From positions 3,738,423-3,802,422 of the forward strand of contig OZ240209.1 in NCBI GenBank assembly GCA_965197465.1: a stretch of DNA of 64,000 bases. Direction: 5' to 3'. Positions 42,238 through 52,045 of this stretch are shown here, one piece after another. Source of the stretch: Candidatus Poribacteria bacterium. GTDB lineage: Bacteria; Poribacteria; WGA-4E; JAJDTR01. Every line of letters starts with the position of its first letter. The stretch's first letter is position 1. The notes below the pieces were generated by a model, which worked only from the letters and a program-made list of their open reading frames with translations, was not told the DNA's origin and did no database searches. The position numbers and the translations under genes are program-made.

Positions 42238-42981
42238 TCAAGCGAAAGTTGGGCTTGCTCGGTTAGCATCAGTGAATGTTTGCGCGATTGCCGCTATTTC
42301 TGGGCTTCCCGATACCTGGCACTGATGAACGAATGAGAATTTCATCTGCCCCGCTGAGTGATAATTTTGTCCTCGTCGGGGCTTTTTTCTGCCTGCCAAC
42401 AGACGACTCCCCCAGAAGTATTGGCGTTCTGTCTTCTTCGGCGGTGTATATCTGATACAGAAGTAACGGTAGCGTGCGGCGCATTCATCGAGTGTGTTCC
42501 CTATCGAAAAGAACGCCGGGTGCCACTGTGTCAGTCCATCGTCGGTCAATCGGTCGTAGGTTCCGTAATTTGAGAACGTGTAGAAAAATCCTTCTCGTAT
42601 GCCTGCCGCTTTGGGGTTGGCGTGGATATCGCGCAAGGTATTGAGCGCACGTTGCTTGTCGTCTTTGTGGAATCCTGTGCTGTGATACCGTTGTTCCCAG
42701 AAATGCCCCTTTCGGTTGAGCATGCGGTTGACGCACATCGCCGTGTACCAGTTGAGCCAGTGCATGATTTGGGGCAAATCCAAAGGGGCTTTGGGTTCAA
42801 TCAGGTAGTGGATGTGGTTACTCATGATGCAAAAAAAGCCGTACTTCTCCTGAGCCCTTTTTATCGCGTACAGCAGCACCTCTCGGCATTCTTGGGACGT
42901 CAGGTGAAATTCACGGTTGTTGCAGCGAACGGTCACATGGTAGCAGTAATCAGGTTGCAAGTCTCGCTTTGGACGTGGCAT
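42238..42981 (-). CDS. IS200/IS605-like Y1 (HUH) transposase, REP-associated tyrosine transposase (RAYT)-like
   Basis: YHVTVRCNNREFHL...HIHYLIEP (HuH) ... Confidence 0.7.
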   Translation of the reverse strand: MPRPKRDLQPDYCYHVTVRCNNREFHLTSQECREVLLYAIKRAQEKYGFFCIMSNHIHYLIEPKAPLDLPQIMHWLNWYTAMCVNRMLNRKGHFWEQRYHSTGFHKDDKQRALNTLRDIHANPKAAGIREGFFYTFSNYGTYDRLTDDGLTQWHPAFFSIGNTLDECAARYRYFCIRYTPPKKTERQYFWGSRLLAGRKKPRRGQNYHSAGQMKFSFVHQCQVSGSPEIAAIAQTFTDANRASPTFA

Positions 42982-43098
42982 CTGTTGACCTCCCTCTCTT
43001 GTGGGTCGTGGCTAGCTGAGTCCTCCATTCCTTGAAACCCCAAGGCGGTGTTGAGCGTTTGTTGCTGGCGAAATTATAACATCTGTTAAAAAATCGGG

Positions 43099-43730
43099 GT
43101 GTTTCTGCCCCGTTCCGAGTGGTCGCAGTCGCCAAAATTGGGTTTGGGTGTAACTCCTGTGACTCTCGACGCGATTGACCGAGTCGCGTCTGCGCACCCG
43201 AAGTACAAAAAGGGGGATACTTTCGGACCGGGGAATATCGTAGAACGCGATCCGGTGTTCACGGAGCTGATCGATCACCCGAGGCATGTTGGATTTGCAT
43301 ATGATCTCTTTGGCGAACTACTCAAACTGCATCAAAGTCAGTTCTTCCTGCGTCCGCCCGGCGGCATACACTATAATATCCGAGCGCTGCCCTATGGCGT
43401 ATTTTCGCCGAAACTGCCGCTCCAGATCAAAATTGGCTACTAGCTGACCGATCTGCCGCATGAAAAAATGGGCAACCTGGTGGTGTTGCCGGGGAGTCAC
43501 CGACAACAGTAGTAGATGCCTACGACACCCACGAGAGCGTCCGCGGTGAGAAGGTTGTATGCGTGGGCAAGGGGACGATGACCGTTATGCACTCCAGCAT
43601 CTGGCACCGCGTTGAGCCCAACGATCGCGATGTCACGCGCTATAATATATTCACCGCTTACTGTCCATCTTGGGTGACGCCAGCGGATCGCTTTCACACA
43701 GCATAGGCTCTTAGCGTTTCTCCAAACCAA
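43099..43730 (+). pseudogene. PhyH family protein with in-frame TAG (43441-43443) inside the conserved motif and a frameshift after PGSH
   Basis: ...IKIGY-TAG-LTDLPHEKMGNLVVLPGSH, then a +2 frame carrying GTMTVMHSSIWHRVEPNDRDVTRYNIF. Confidence 0.6.
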
Positions 43731-44448
43731 ACGACGCCAAAGTATCTGGAATGAGCGCACAGTGCTCGCCCAACCGCTCGCGGATATCCTGCGTCAAAGA
43801 GCCTGCAATTTCATATTGAGGTGCAGTGTTTGGACAACTGTATCCCATGTGGATGACACGCCTGGGCGATTTTGAATAGTTTGCACATCCTCCATGCCAG
43901 GTGTCACCGTGAAGGAAAATTCCAGTTCCAGCCGTGCAGGTCACGTAGATTTCTCCAGCAACTGCCGCTTTGGAATCGTCCAGAACATCTCGGGGCCAAG
44001 GTTTTTTATGCGAGCCCGGCACAAGGCGAGTCGCACCGTTTTCTTCTGTCATGTCATCAAGTGCCCACACCACATTGAGGTATGCAGTACAATTCTTAAA
44101 GAACGATCGATCGGCATGGATCGCCTGATGAGGACGCGGATCACCAGGCATAGGATCGTGAAAATTCATAGCCTGCCAGCGCATATCATCTCCAATCACC
44201 AGCCTGGCCATTTCCAATGCAATCGGCTCGATTGCCAGCTCTTCTAGGACGCGACCTTTGCCAATGAGATTGCACAATCTGCGAGCTCCCGGAGAGTTAG
44301 CTCCTTCTGACCCTGCCTTTTCGCCCTCCAGATCATATCTCTTTTCCAGGGTATCTCTCAACGCTGCCAATCGTTGCACAGATAGCACATGTTCAACGAT
44401 CAAATAACCGTGTTTTTGAAAAAAATCCCATTGTTGCACAGAAATCAT
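43711..44448 (-). CDS. phytanoyl-CoA dioxygenase (PhyH) family protein
   Basis: MISVQQWDFFQKHGYLIVEHVL...HADRSF...LVPGSHK...HGDTWHGGCAN. Confidence 0.85.
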   Translation of the reverse strand: MISVQQWDFFQKHGYLIVEHVLSVQRLAALRDTLEKRYDLEGEKAGSEGANSPGARRLCNLIGKGRVLEELAIEPIALEMARLVIGDDMRWQAMNFHDPMPGDPRPHQAIHADRSFFKNCTAYLNVVWALDDMTEENGATRLVPGSHKKPWPRDVLDDSKAAVAGEIYVTCTAGTGIFLHGDTWHGGCANYSKSPRRVIHMGYSCPNTAPQYEIAGSLTQDIRERLGEHCALIPDTLASFGLEKR

Positions 44449-44497
44449 AATCTGGGTTTGAGCTGTTTTTTGTGCCCAAGATGCCGAGGTTTGATGT

Positions 44498-45146
44498 TTA
44501 CTTCACCCAAAAGCGGTAGCCGGCTGTAATGATAAAGGTGGGAACAACCGACGCCGCTCCGCCTGGTGGAGCGAAAGTTACAATGACTGGTAATTCAACA
44601 CGGATGTCCAATGCACTCTTAAAAAGTTCGTCCAATTCCAAGATTGAATACAGTACCGCCAGTAGAACCTTCTTCTGATTGTATACTACCTCCACCAGGC
44701 AGGAGTGCACCTAAGCTTTCGTCAGTAGGGCTTCTTTCTTCCCACTCCACATTTATGCTGCCTAGTCCTATCCCTGCCACGAAGAATAGCCTGGGTTTGC
44801 CGGGCGAATAATTAATCAGATAGTTTGCCATCATACCAAACACGAATGTATCGGTTTTCTCCTTGTAAATGTGTATCCCTTCAGTGCTCTCTTCTTCGAA
44901 GCTGCCACTGAAGAATAGTATACCTAACTCTAGAGCATTGCTCTGCAAGTCGATTAGATAATTACCGCCAATGCCGTACGCCAGCCCCCCGCTGATGTCT
45001 GTCCCAACCCCACCGCGAATTCCGATTTTTGCAGATTCCATCGAAGGGTCCACCTGGGCGATGCTAACTGTCGAAACGCTCAAGACCATGACCAGGATTA
45101 AAGCCAATATCCAGATATGTCCTTGCTTTGTATCTCGTACTTTCAT
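44498..45146 (-). pseudogene. outer-membrane beta-barrel protein (OmpA-like barrel) with frameshift around 44620-44710
   Basis: Signal peptide, alternating beta-strand pattern. C-terminal ...TAGYRF in a second frame. Confidence 0.5.
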
Positions 45147-45321
45147 GGTTGTTGTTTTCCTTATTGGGGTGACGGAATGGTATGTGCGACCAGATAAGGG
45201 TACAAACTAAAATAGTGTAATGATACCCCCTGAGACTCAACTACTTTGATGCTTTGAGACGTTCCCCGTTTTCTTCGATGCTCGCCCCATGGAGTTGGTA
45301 GTCCCGGGAGTTCACAATTCT

Positions 45322-46554
45322 TCAATTCGCAGAGGCTGTTTCCCGAAATGCTGGATAGTAAGGCATCTCCTCAACATCTGGCCAGCGCTTACACAGTTGA
45401 CTCACAACCTGACGAGCAGTTTCGCCGACCATTTCCAGGCATTCGTACCTTTCTGTCACCTGTGCGAAAATCTCGAACCGTAGAACAATGCGTTGTCGCA
45501 CTGTAGCGATACCCCCTTCCTGATCTCGTTCCAAAATACCAGGCATCGACCAATTACAGAATGTTTCACATACCCAATAAGCACACGCTCCAACGACTGC
45601 TTGGTAGAACAAAGTATCGTCGGCAGCTTGTGGACAGCCCTTGATTAATTCTGTGCGATAGGCTGCTTCTGCTCTCAGCGCGATAGTTTCAGGGATGCGA
45701 TTGACACACCAACAGCTAGGAAAGTGAATACGCGGATAGACACCATCTTGTAATGCGTTGCCAAACCGCCCGTGCTCGAAGTCGAGCAGCCGCAAGTCAG
45801 AGCCAACCCAATGACAGTTATTAGGGCAGGGATCTGAGTGGATATAGGTGTAAAATGGACTTGACTCGGTAAGATTAGGCAAGACTGTCATGATTTCGTC
45901 TCCAAAGCCCGAAGGTAAGGAAACATTAATGGATTTCAGGCACTCGTCTATCCCGTTGAGGAATTTGGAGGCCTGTTCTGTCATTGATTCAGAGGACTCT
46001 CTTACCGCGCCGAGCGCTTGACGTAGTTCGTCATATCTTGACTTTTGACCAATAGTCTGGGCGTGCATCCGTCCAACGGTGCTAGAAAGCGCAATCAGTG
46101 TTTCTTCAGCGGGAACTGGATCATCAGCCAGCAACAGATGGTCTAAGCGCTTACCCGTTCCAAAATCCTCCATCACGATGAAACCTGCCCCTCGACTCCC
46201 GCCATAGAATTTTGGTGCAGGCAGTGTTCCCTGGCAGGCTTCTGTTAAGAGCTGTAATCCAGCCCACTCGTTAAAGAGCATTGATGCGGGACCTCTTAGC
46301 GCATCCGGCTCACACGTCTCCTGACCGGGACCGCGATTCGGTGACTGTTTTAAGATAACCGTTTGAGGTACTTCCAAGGGGCCATGGACTACATTCAGCC
46401 GGTGAACGTACGAGCGACCACTTAGACCGTCAGTCTCACCAACCTGCAGTTGGACCTCACCGCCAAATGACTCGGCGAGCATCTGCTCGGCAATGGAGAT
46501 GTCTTCTGCCAATTTCTGTTCTGGCGCCTTCAACATTGGGGGAACTCCTTTCAA
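45322..46554 (-). CDS. phosphotransferase enzyme family protein (APH/choline-kinase-like fold)
   Basis: HSDPCPNNCHWVGSDLRLLDFEHGRFGNALQDG (Brenner motif and DFE). Confidence 0.65.
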   Translation of the reverse strand: MKGVPPMLKAPEQKLAEDISIAEQMLAESFGGEVQLQVGETDGLSGRSYVHRLNVVHGPLEVPQTVILKQSPNRGPGQETCEPDALRGPASMLFNEWAGLQLLTEACQGTLPAPKFYGGSRGAGFIVMEDFGTGKRLDHLLLADDPVPAEETLIALSSTVGRMHAQTIGQKSRYDELRQALGAVRESSESMTEQASKFLNGIDECLKSINVSLPSGFGDEIMTVLPNLTESSPFYTYIHSDPCPNNCHWVGSDLRLLDFEHGRFGNALQDGVYPRIHFPSCWCVNRIPETIALRAEAAYRTELIKGCPQAADDTLFYQAVVGACAYWVCETFCNWSMPGILERDQEGGIATVRQRIVLRFEIFAQVTERYECLEMVGETARQVVSQLCKRWPDVEEMPYYPAFRETASAN

Positions 46555-46715
46555 GGAAGTCCAGTTGTTGCATTATACCATACCTGCAACGCTAGTAGAA
46601 CTAAAGATATTGGCGAACCCCCTCTCGTGGGCATCAAGACAGTACGAAATAATGCCTAGAAAGCAAAACCCCAGTGTGGCGCACACCGGGGCTGGGTGAA
46701 AAACAGGAATAGACC

Positions 46716-46914
46716 TGAGTTCTAGCTTTAATCCATTTTCTAGAACTTGTATAAATGGCCGAAACGGCCAGCAAGAGACTTTCCTGTTTATCCACCATTT
46801 TTTTCACGAAATCTAGAACTGGACGGCATGTAGGCATACCTCTCCGCCAGAAATGCTTGTGGTTATTGGGTTTGTGGGATTGTATGAGTTCTAGAAAATA
46901 GGGGTCTGTTGGAA
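46716..46914. promoter_or_regulatory. cluster of AGTTCTAGAACT-type palindromic sites, one split by 14 bp, enclosing a TGTATAAAT -10-like box; candidate recombination sites or operator array
   Basis: GAGTTCTAG-14bp-CTAGAACTT (46716-46747), ATCTAGAACT (46810-46819), GAGTTCTAGAAAATAGG...GGAACTC (46885-46914). TTGTATAAATGG at 46746-46757. Confidence 0.3.
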
Positions 46915-47159
46915 CTCGAAGCGCTTTTGATATTTTCATTTATCTTCCATCACCCACCAAGGATTTCTACCATTCGCTATACACGCCTGCCAATTTAATA
47001 AACGACGGTTTGATGGATACAAAAAACGGCTCAAACCCAGGATTTAATTGGATTCAAGCCGTTTTGAAAAATGCTTACTAAATGGGAGCTTATCGAGTGT
47101 CCTTTATTTCTTCCCGTGCTGTAGCGAGCTTATTCTGTTACCATATTCGCCACCTAACG

Positions 47160-48056
47160 TTACAGTTCACCGGCGCCCTTGGCGTCCGGTGAAACCGATG
47201 GTTGGGCGGCTTGTGTCACGGTCTCGAGCGTCTTGTCTGCTACAAAGCCGATTTCAGTCTTGATAAGGTTTATGTCGTAGACGCAGTCGTACTCGTGTCC
47301 AGGTTTTTCAAAGTGTGACAGGTTGACGTCACTGCCCCACCAGTTTCTAAGAACCTCCGCAACGGGGATTGCCACCCAGGCTTTTGGGCCCGCTGCATTC
47401 ATAATGCGAACTCCGGACTTGTAAGGGGCTTCCGCGGCCATCGTGAAGGCGCGGGCGGCGTCGCTTAGTGCCATGATTGTGATGCCGCCCAAGGCCCATT
47501 TTGTCAGTGGGGCTGACCCTTGGAGGGGCGGCATGCTCTCATCCGGGCACACGGATGACAGACGCAGGTTGATTACGTCAATCTCCGGGTTCTGGCGGTG
47601 ATGGTACTTCGACACCTCTTCCATCAGGTATTTGGAGAACCCGTACCCGTCACGGTCGAGACACGGATGTTCGTCCGGAATAGGAACCTGGCAAGGTCTG
47701 AACATCGTGCTCTGGAAGCCCACGGCCGCAATAGAACTGGCCATCACGAACTTTGTGCACCCACGATCGATCAAATACCGCATGAGACATCGTGTACCCT
47801 CGACGTTGACAAGCATTCCGTCGCGCTCCGCACAGCCGCCGGTCACGGCGGCCAGATGGATGACCACATCGACCGGTTTCTGGTCGAGCCGACGCAGATC
47901 CTCAAACGAACCAAAGTTGCCCCGAATCCAAGTAAGATTCGCCCCGGGCCTCTTGCGGCTCATGCAAAGCACCTCGTGCTTCACTGACATGGCTTTCGCA
48001 AGCGCTTGGCCAATGAAGCCACTGGCTCCAGTGATCAATACTGTGCTCATAGACAC
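47160..48056 (-). CDS. NAD-dependent epimerase/dehydratase (SDR family)
   Basis: MSMSTVLITGASGFIGQALAKA... Confidence 0.8.
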   Translation of the reverse strand: MSMSTVLITGASGFIGQALAKAMSVKHEVLCMSRKRPGANLTWIRGNFGSFEDLRRLDQKPVDVVIHLAAVTGGCAERDGMLVNVEGTRCLMRYLIDRGCTKFVMASSIAAVGFQSTMFRPCQVPIPDEHPCLDRDGYGFSKYLMEEVSKYHHRQNPEIDVINLRLSSVCPDESMPPLQGSAPLTKWALGGITIMALSDAARAFTMAAEAPYKSGVRIMNAAGPKAWVAIPVAEVLRNWWGSDVNLSHFEKPGHEYDCVYDINLIKTEIGFVADKTLETVTQAAQPSVSPDAKGAGEL

Positions 48057-48059
48057 GTT

Positions 48060-48770
48060 CCTTTCCGCCTGAAGGAAGCGACTTCAGGTCTGCCAATTGA
48101 TGACAACGCCAACAATACCCTTATCTGTTCCTTGATTGATGCGCTGAAACATCTAGGGCGCGTCCATGAAGCCGATGCGATGGCTAATGCATTGCTCCCA
48201 CTTCAGCGCGCCCATGGCCATATTCTTCACAACGGCTCGCCGACAGGGCCGCCAGCCGTCGTCGGACGGGAAGAACATCTTTAATCGCCGACCGTGCGCG
48301 GGAAGAAAATGCATGGAGACCGGGGCACTGCCATAGTTCCCCTGCCAGACAAAACTGCCATGTTCACGGCAGAGCGCAATGGCCGGATCGATGCACTCGG
48401 GAATCCCCGTGCACTCAAAGACGACATCGGCCCCTCCGGCGCGATCTTTTTCACCTCGGCTTGCACATCGCCGGACTCACCGCTGATCGAGTAATCAGCC
48501 CCCAACTGCTTGGCGACGGCCTACCGTTTCTCATTGAGATCGACGGCCAGCACGACGCAACCGCGGTGTGCGCAGGCGGCAACAACTCCCAGTCCGATCA
48601 GGCCGGTGCCGTAGACAACAACCGTCTGGCCCATCCGGGGGTTCGTCATATCCACCCCGTACAGCCCTACGGCAGGCATCACGAACATACAGGCCACGTC
48701 CATCTCCACGCCGGGGATCATGTGGTCAACACCCTCCGTCGTGTCGGGCCTCGTCACAAATCATGTCCAA
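48060..48770 (-). pseudogene. zinc-dependent alcohol dehydrogenase remnant with multiple frameshifts
   Basis: Fragments VVVYGTGLIGLGVVAACAHRGCVVLAVDLNEKR, AKQLGADYSISGESGDVQAEVKKIAP and others in different frames. Confidence 0.45.
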
Positions 48771-48774
48771 GAAT

Positions 48775-49359
48775 CTAATCCCTTTTACCTAGCTTAATAT
48801 CCTGATGTCGAAGGCAAGCATACAACGTGGATCTCGCGATCGACAGGTGCTCACAGATCTGTGTGGTCGATAATTTGCCCTCCTTGTAAAGTTTCTCCGC
48901 AATCATCGCTTTGTCTTTAGCTTGCGACGATAGTCCCTTTGGGCGTCCACCTTTACGACCTCTGGCTCTGGCGGCTTTCAATCCTGCATGAGTCCGCTCT
49001 CGAATCATATCCGCCTCAAATTCAGCTAATGCAGCAAAGATGTGAAACGTTAGCTTGCCTTGGGGGGTGGTCGTGTCGATATTATCGTGAAGGCTCTTCA
49101 GTCCAGCACCTTTTTCTTGGATTTCGTTTACGAGTTGAACCAGGTCCTTAAGCGAACGACCCAGGCGGTCGAGTCTCCAAATGATAATGACATCTTTCGG
49201 GCGAAGATAGTCCAGAAGTTTCTGAAACTCGGGTCGTTCCTTGGTTCGACCGGTAATCTTCTCCTGATAAAACTTCTTGCATTTTGCTTTATTGAGAGCA
49301 TCAAGCTGAAGTGCGAGATCTTGGTCTTCAGTTGATACCCTGGCGTAACCTATTCGCAT
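48775..49359 (-). CDS. serine recombinase (resolvase/DNA invertase family)
   Basis: MRIGYARVSTEDQDLALQLDAL... (catalytic Ser) ...C-terminal HTH. 194 aa. Confidence 0.9.
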   Translation of the reverse strand: MRIGYARVSTEDQDLALQLDALNKAKCKKFYQEKITGRTKERPEFQKLLDYLRPKDVIIIWRLDRLGRSLKDLVQLVNEIQEKGAGLKSLHDNIDTTTPQGKLTFHIFAALAEFEADMIRERTHAGLKAARARGRKGGRPKGLSSQAKDKAMIAEKLYKEGKLSTTQICEHLSIARSTLYACLRHQDIKLGKRD

Positions 49360-49593
49360 GTATAAAAGTTTAATAAAACGTTAGTGATATGCTATTTTTA
49401 TACTTTGATTCAGTATACCACTTTTTGATTCCGTTTTGGAGGGTATTTCTGCAGTTACAGCGAAAAATCAGCTAAGCAATGTGAGTTTCAAATAACGAAC
49501 GTTTTTGTGAACTTGTTGAGCTCTGGATTTGGTGGGTTGATGAGGAAGATCTGCTGGACTCGGCTAAGAGTGAACTTCCTACTAAAGGACCGG

Positions 49594-50634
49594 CTACTCC
49601 CAATCCATCGGATCAATATCCTGCCACCGTTGGTCACTCTCGATCCACTTGTTCGGTGCGGTATCGATCTCGTATTTGGCAAATACTCGGTCAATCTTTC
49701 GCTTCACATCTTCTGTCAGAGTCCAGCCCAAGGCAGGCATATTATCTTCAACTTCTGCCACCGTTCGCGTGCCTACCAGTGCCGTGCTCACCGCAGGATG
49801 TGACAACACCCAGTTCAGTGCCAGCTGTGGCAGGCTTTTGCCCAGGTCTGCGGCAATGGCTTTGATTTCATTGACCGCCTGGATATTCCGTTGAAAGACC
49901 CCTGGCACGAACAACCGCAGCGAGGTTTGAGAGCCTCCGCCTTTTCGCCAATCTCCGCCCTCAAAAACGGTGTTCTCATTAAGCACACCGCTCAGTAATC
50001 CAAAAGCCAGTGATGCATAAACCATCATGCCGATATTATGTTCCTGGGCATAGGGAAAAATCCACTTCGCCTGGCGGCGGTCAAACATATTGTAGCCGTA
50101 TTGCAGCACATCTATTCTGCGTGCAGCCATACAGCGCTCAATTTCAGCCGGCGTAAAATTCGATGCCCCCACATACCGCACCTTGCCGGCCTGCACAAGT
50201 TCGTCGATGGCACCTAACGTTTCTTCAAACGGCGTATCCCGATCCGGCCAGTGTACCAGGTAAACATCGATATAATCCGTATTCAACAGCGCCAGACTCT
50301 GGTCGATGGCTTTGTGCATCATTTGCTTGCTGCTGTCTCGACCATGCTGATATCCAGTCCCGAACTTGGTCACTAAAATCACATCTTTCCGCCGATTACC
50401 CAGGGCGCGGCCAAGCAACTGTTCGGATGCGCCCATCCCATATTGCTGAGCCGTATCAAAACAGTTGATGCCAAGATCAATAGCCCGGTTGACAGCGGCG
50501 ACCATCTCCGATTCATCAAAATCCCCATACGAGCCAGCCATTCCCCAACACCCAAAACCAATGGGGGAAACTTCGAGCTCGGTCTGTCCAAACGGACGAT
50601 ATTCCATATATTTCTCCATGTCAAACCTCCGCAA
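49594..50634 (-). CDS. aldo/keto reductase
   Basis: GFGCWGMAGSYG...GINCFDTAQQYG...LVHWPD. Confidence 0.9.
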   Translation of the reverse strand: MRRFDMEKYMEYRPFGQTELEVSPIGFGCWGMAGSYGDFDESEMVAAVNRAIDLGINCFDTAQQYGMGASEQLLGRALGNRRKDVILVTKFGTGYQHGRDSSKQMMHKAIDQSLALLNTDYIDVYLVHWPDRDTPFEETLGAIDELVQAGKVRYVGASNFTPAEIERCMAARRIDVLQYGYNMFDRRQAKWIFPYAQEHNIGMMVYASLAFGLLSGVLNENTVFEGGDWRKGGGSQTSLRLFVPGVFQRNIQAVNEIKAIAADLGKSLPQLALNWVLSHPAVSTALVGTRTVAEVEDNMPALGWTLTEDVKRKIDRVFAKYEIDTAPNKWIESDQRWQDIDPMDWE

Positions 50635-50977
50635 ATGGCTCTGTCACGCTAACAGACGTGATGAGAGCCGTTTTCTTTTTCTTTGGCCAATTCTTGATTT
50701 CGAATTCTCGTTTCAGTGCTTCTGATCGGTTTTTACATGCTTCCGAGTAGACGACTCTAACCGGTTTATGCACCCTGGTATACGCACCGCCTTTCTTAGC
50801 CAGGTGCTCCTGGAATCGCCGTTGGACATCGGTGGTGATTCCAGTGTAGTAGCTTTTGTCTTCGCATTCGAGAATGTAAACGTAGTACATGCCACAAATC
50901 ATACCAGATGCGGTTTTGTGAATCCAACTTTTCCACAGCCCTTTGTCAATTCCGTCCAGTCCTCCCTTCTTTTTCAT
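50621..50977 (-). CDS. GIY-YIG nuclease family protein (YhbQ/COG2827-like); probable start at internal Met (MYYVYILEC)
   Basis: YYVYILECEDKSYYTGITTDVQRRFQEH...GAYTR...RSEALKREFEIKNW. Confidence 0.75.
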   Translation of the reverse strand: MKKKGGLDGIDKGLWKSWIHKTASGMICGMYYVYILECEDKSYYTGITTDVQRRFQEHLAKKGGAYTRVHKPVRVVYSEACKNRSEALKREFEIKNWPKKKKTALITSVSVTEPFAEV

Positions 50978-51000
50978 TTCCGCCCAAATTTTATAATGAG

Positions 51001-51024
51001 CAACAACAACACGGTGTTGTTGTT
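51001..51024. promoter_or_regulatory. near-perfect palindrome CAACAACAACACGGTGTTGTTGTT in the divergent promoter region between the GIY-YIG and DnaD-like genes
   Basis: 11-bp arms. Confidence 0.4.
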
Positions 51025-51045
51025 AAAAATTAAAAATATAACAAC

Positions 51046-51603
51046 ATGAACAAACAACATGCTGTTGCCGTCCTCATGAGGCACAACGTCACCAACGTCA
51101 TTGCGGAAAACTTAGCTAAGCAACATTCCAGTGAGCAGATTATGGCTCAAATCAGGATGTTGTCATATCGTAACGCAACGGATAATCCTGCCGGACTCTT
51201 AGTCAAGTCCATCCGTGAAAACTGGGCAGCACCGGAAGCATACCTGGAAGTTCAGCATAAACATAATGCCATGCTTGAGGAACGGAAACGACAGGCAGTC
51301 AAGCGACAACGGCTAGCGTCACAACGTAAAGCGATTGAAAAAGTCAAAGCCAACCTTACAAAAGATGAACTCGAAAATCTCAAGCAGAAGGCGATAGATC
51401 GAGTCGCGAGGATTATGCGCAACTACTATGGTGCTGACAACTTGCCTGCCCCACTCATCAACGGCGTTATGAACCGTATCATCAAAGAGAATTATCTAGA
51501 CAACCCCCAGCAAAGAGCACCAGATCTGCTTAATGGGGGATTGACAGAAAAAACAAACTATGTTACCGTGTCGCCCGACCGTACCCTGGCGTTGGTAGTA
51601 TAG
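51046..51603 (+). CDS. hypothetical coiled-coil protein with DnaD-like (…IxxxW) replication-protein-type motif
   Basis: ...RNATDNPAGLLVKSIRENWAAPEAY..., charged coiled-coil middle. Function unassigned. Confidence 0.4.
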   Translation: MNKQHAVAVLMRHNVTNVIAENLAKQHSSEQIMAQIRMLSYRNATDNPAGLLVKSIRENWAAPEAYLEVQHKHNAMLEERKRQAVKRQRLASQRKAIEKVKANLTKDELENLKQKAIDRVARIMRNYYGADNLPAPLINGVMNRIIKENYLDNPQQRAPDLLNGGLTEKTNYVTVSPDRTLALVV

Positions 51604-51650
51604 CAAGTTATCATTATTTTGTTATAACAAGGCACGTCAAATAGAAGGTT

Positions 51651-52045
51651 GTGACCATGAACGAGCAAGTAGAATTCGCAACTATGAGTGACCGAGCGAG
51701 ATACCTGTTCGATCTCCAAGGCTTTCTCGTCGTCAAAGGTATGCTCCCTGCCACTGAAGTGAAAACCCTGAATGAAGCCCCCGAAGCTAATCTGGACAAT
51801 CGTGGAAACTTCGGGGAAGCGAACGCCATCAGTGGAAATTAGGAGGGAAGGCCTTTTGAAGGCCGTTTCAGCCCATTTCGGCACTACAAGGGCATGCTGA
51901 CATGGGAGCAGCCGTGGTGCCAGCCCTTCCGTGATATGTTGGCCCACCCAAAGGTCATTCCCTACCTCAATACGCTGCTCGGCCGAAGCTGGAAGCTAGA
52001 CCAGGGCGTTGACCTACTCAATCCTGTGGAGGGTTGTGAAGGAAG
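51651..52045 (+). pseudogene. PhyH family protein, N-terminal half, frameshifted and truncated by a MITE insertion
   Basis: YLFDLQGFLVVKGMLPATEVKTLNEA, then a shifted frame ...MLAHPKVIPYLNTLLG. Ends at the MITE terminal inverted repeat (TIR). Confidence 0.55.

Noticed and set aside
8702-43443. Genetic-code reassignment of TAG to a sense codon
   Set aside because: TAG terminates several intact, well-delimited genes here (protease 462-464, propeller 34227-34229, and the ORFs ending at 28008 and 29850). Recurrent nonsense mutation is the simpler reading.
46634-46939. 101-aa ORF in the intergenic region carrying the palindromic sites
   Set aside because: It is low-complexity with no motifs, and it overlaps the palindrome cluster that is more plausibly regulatory or recombinational.
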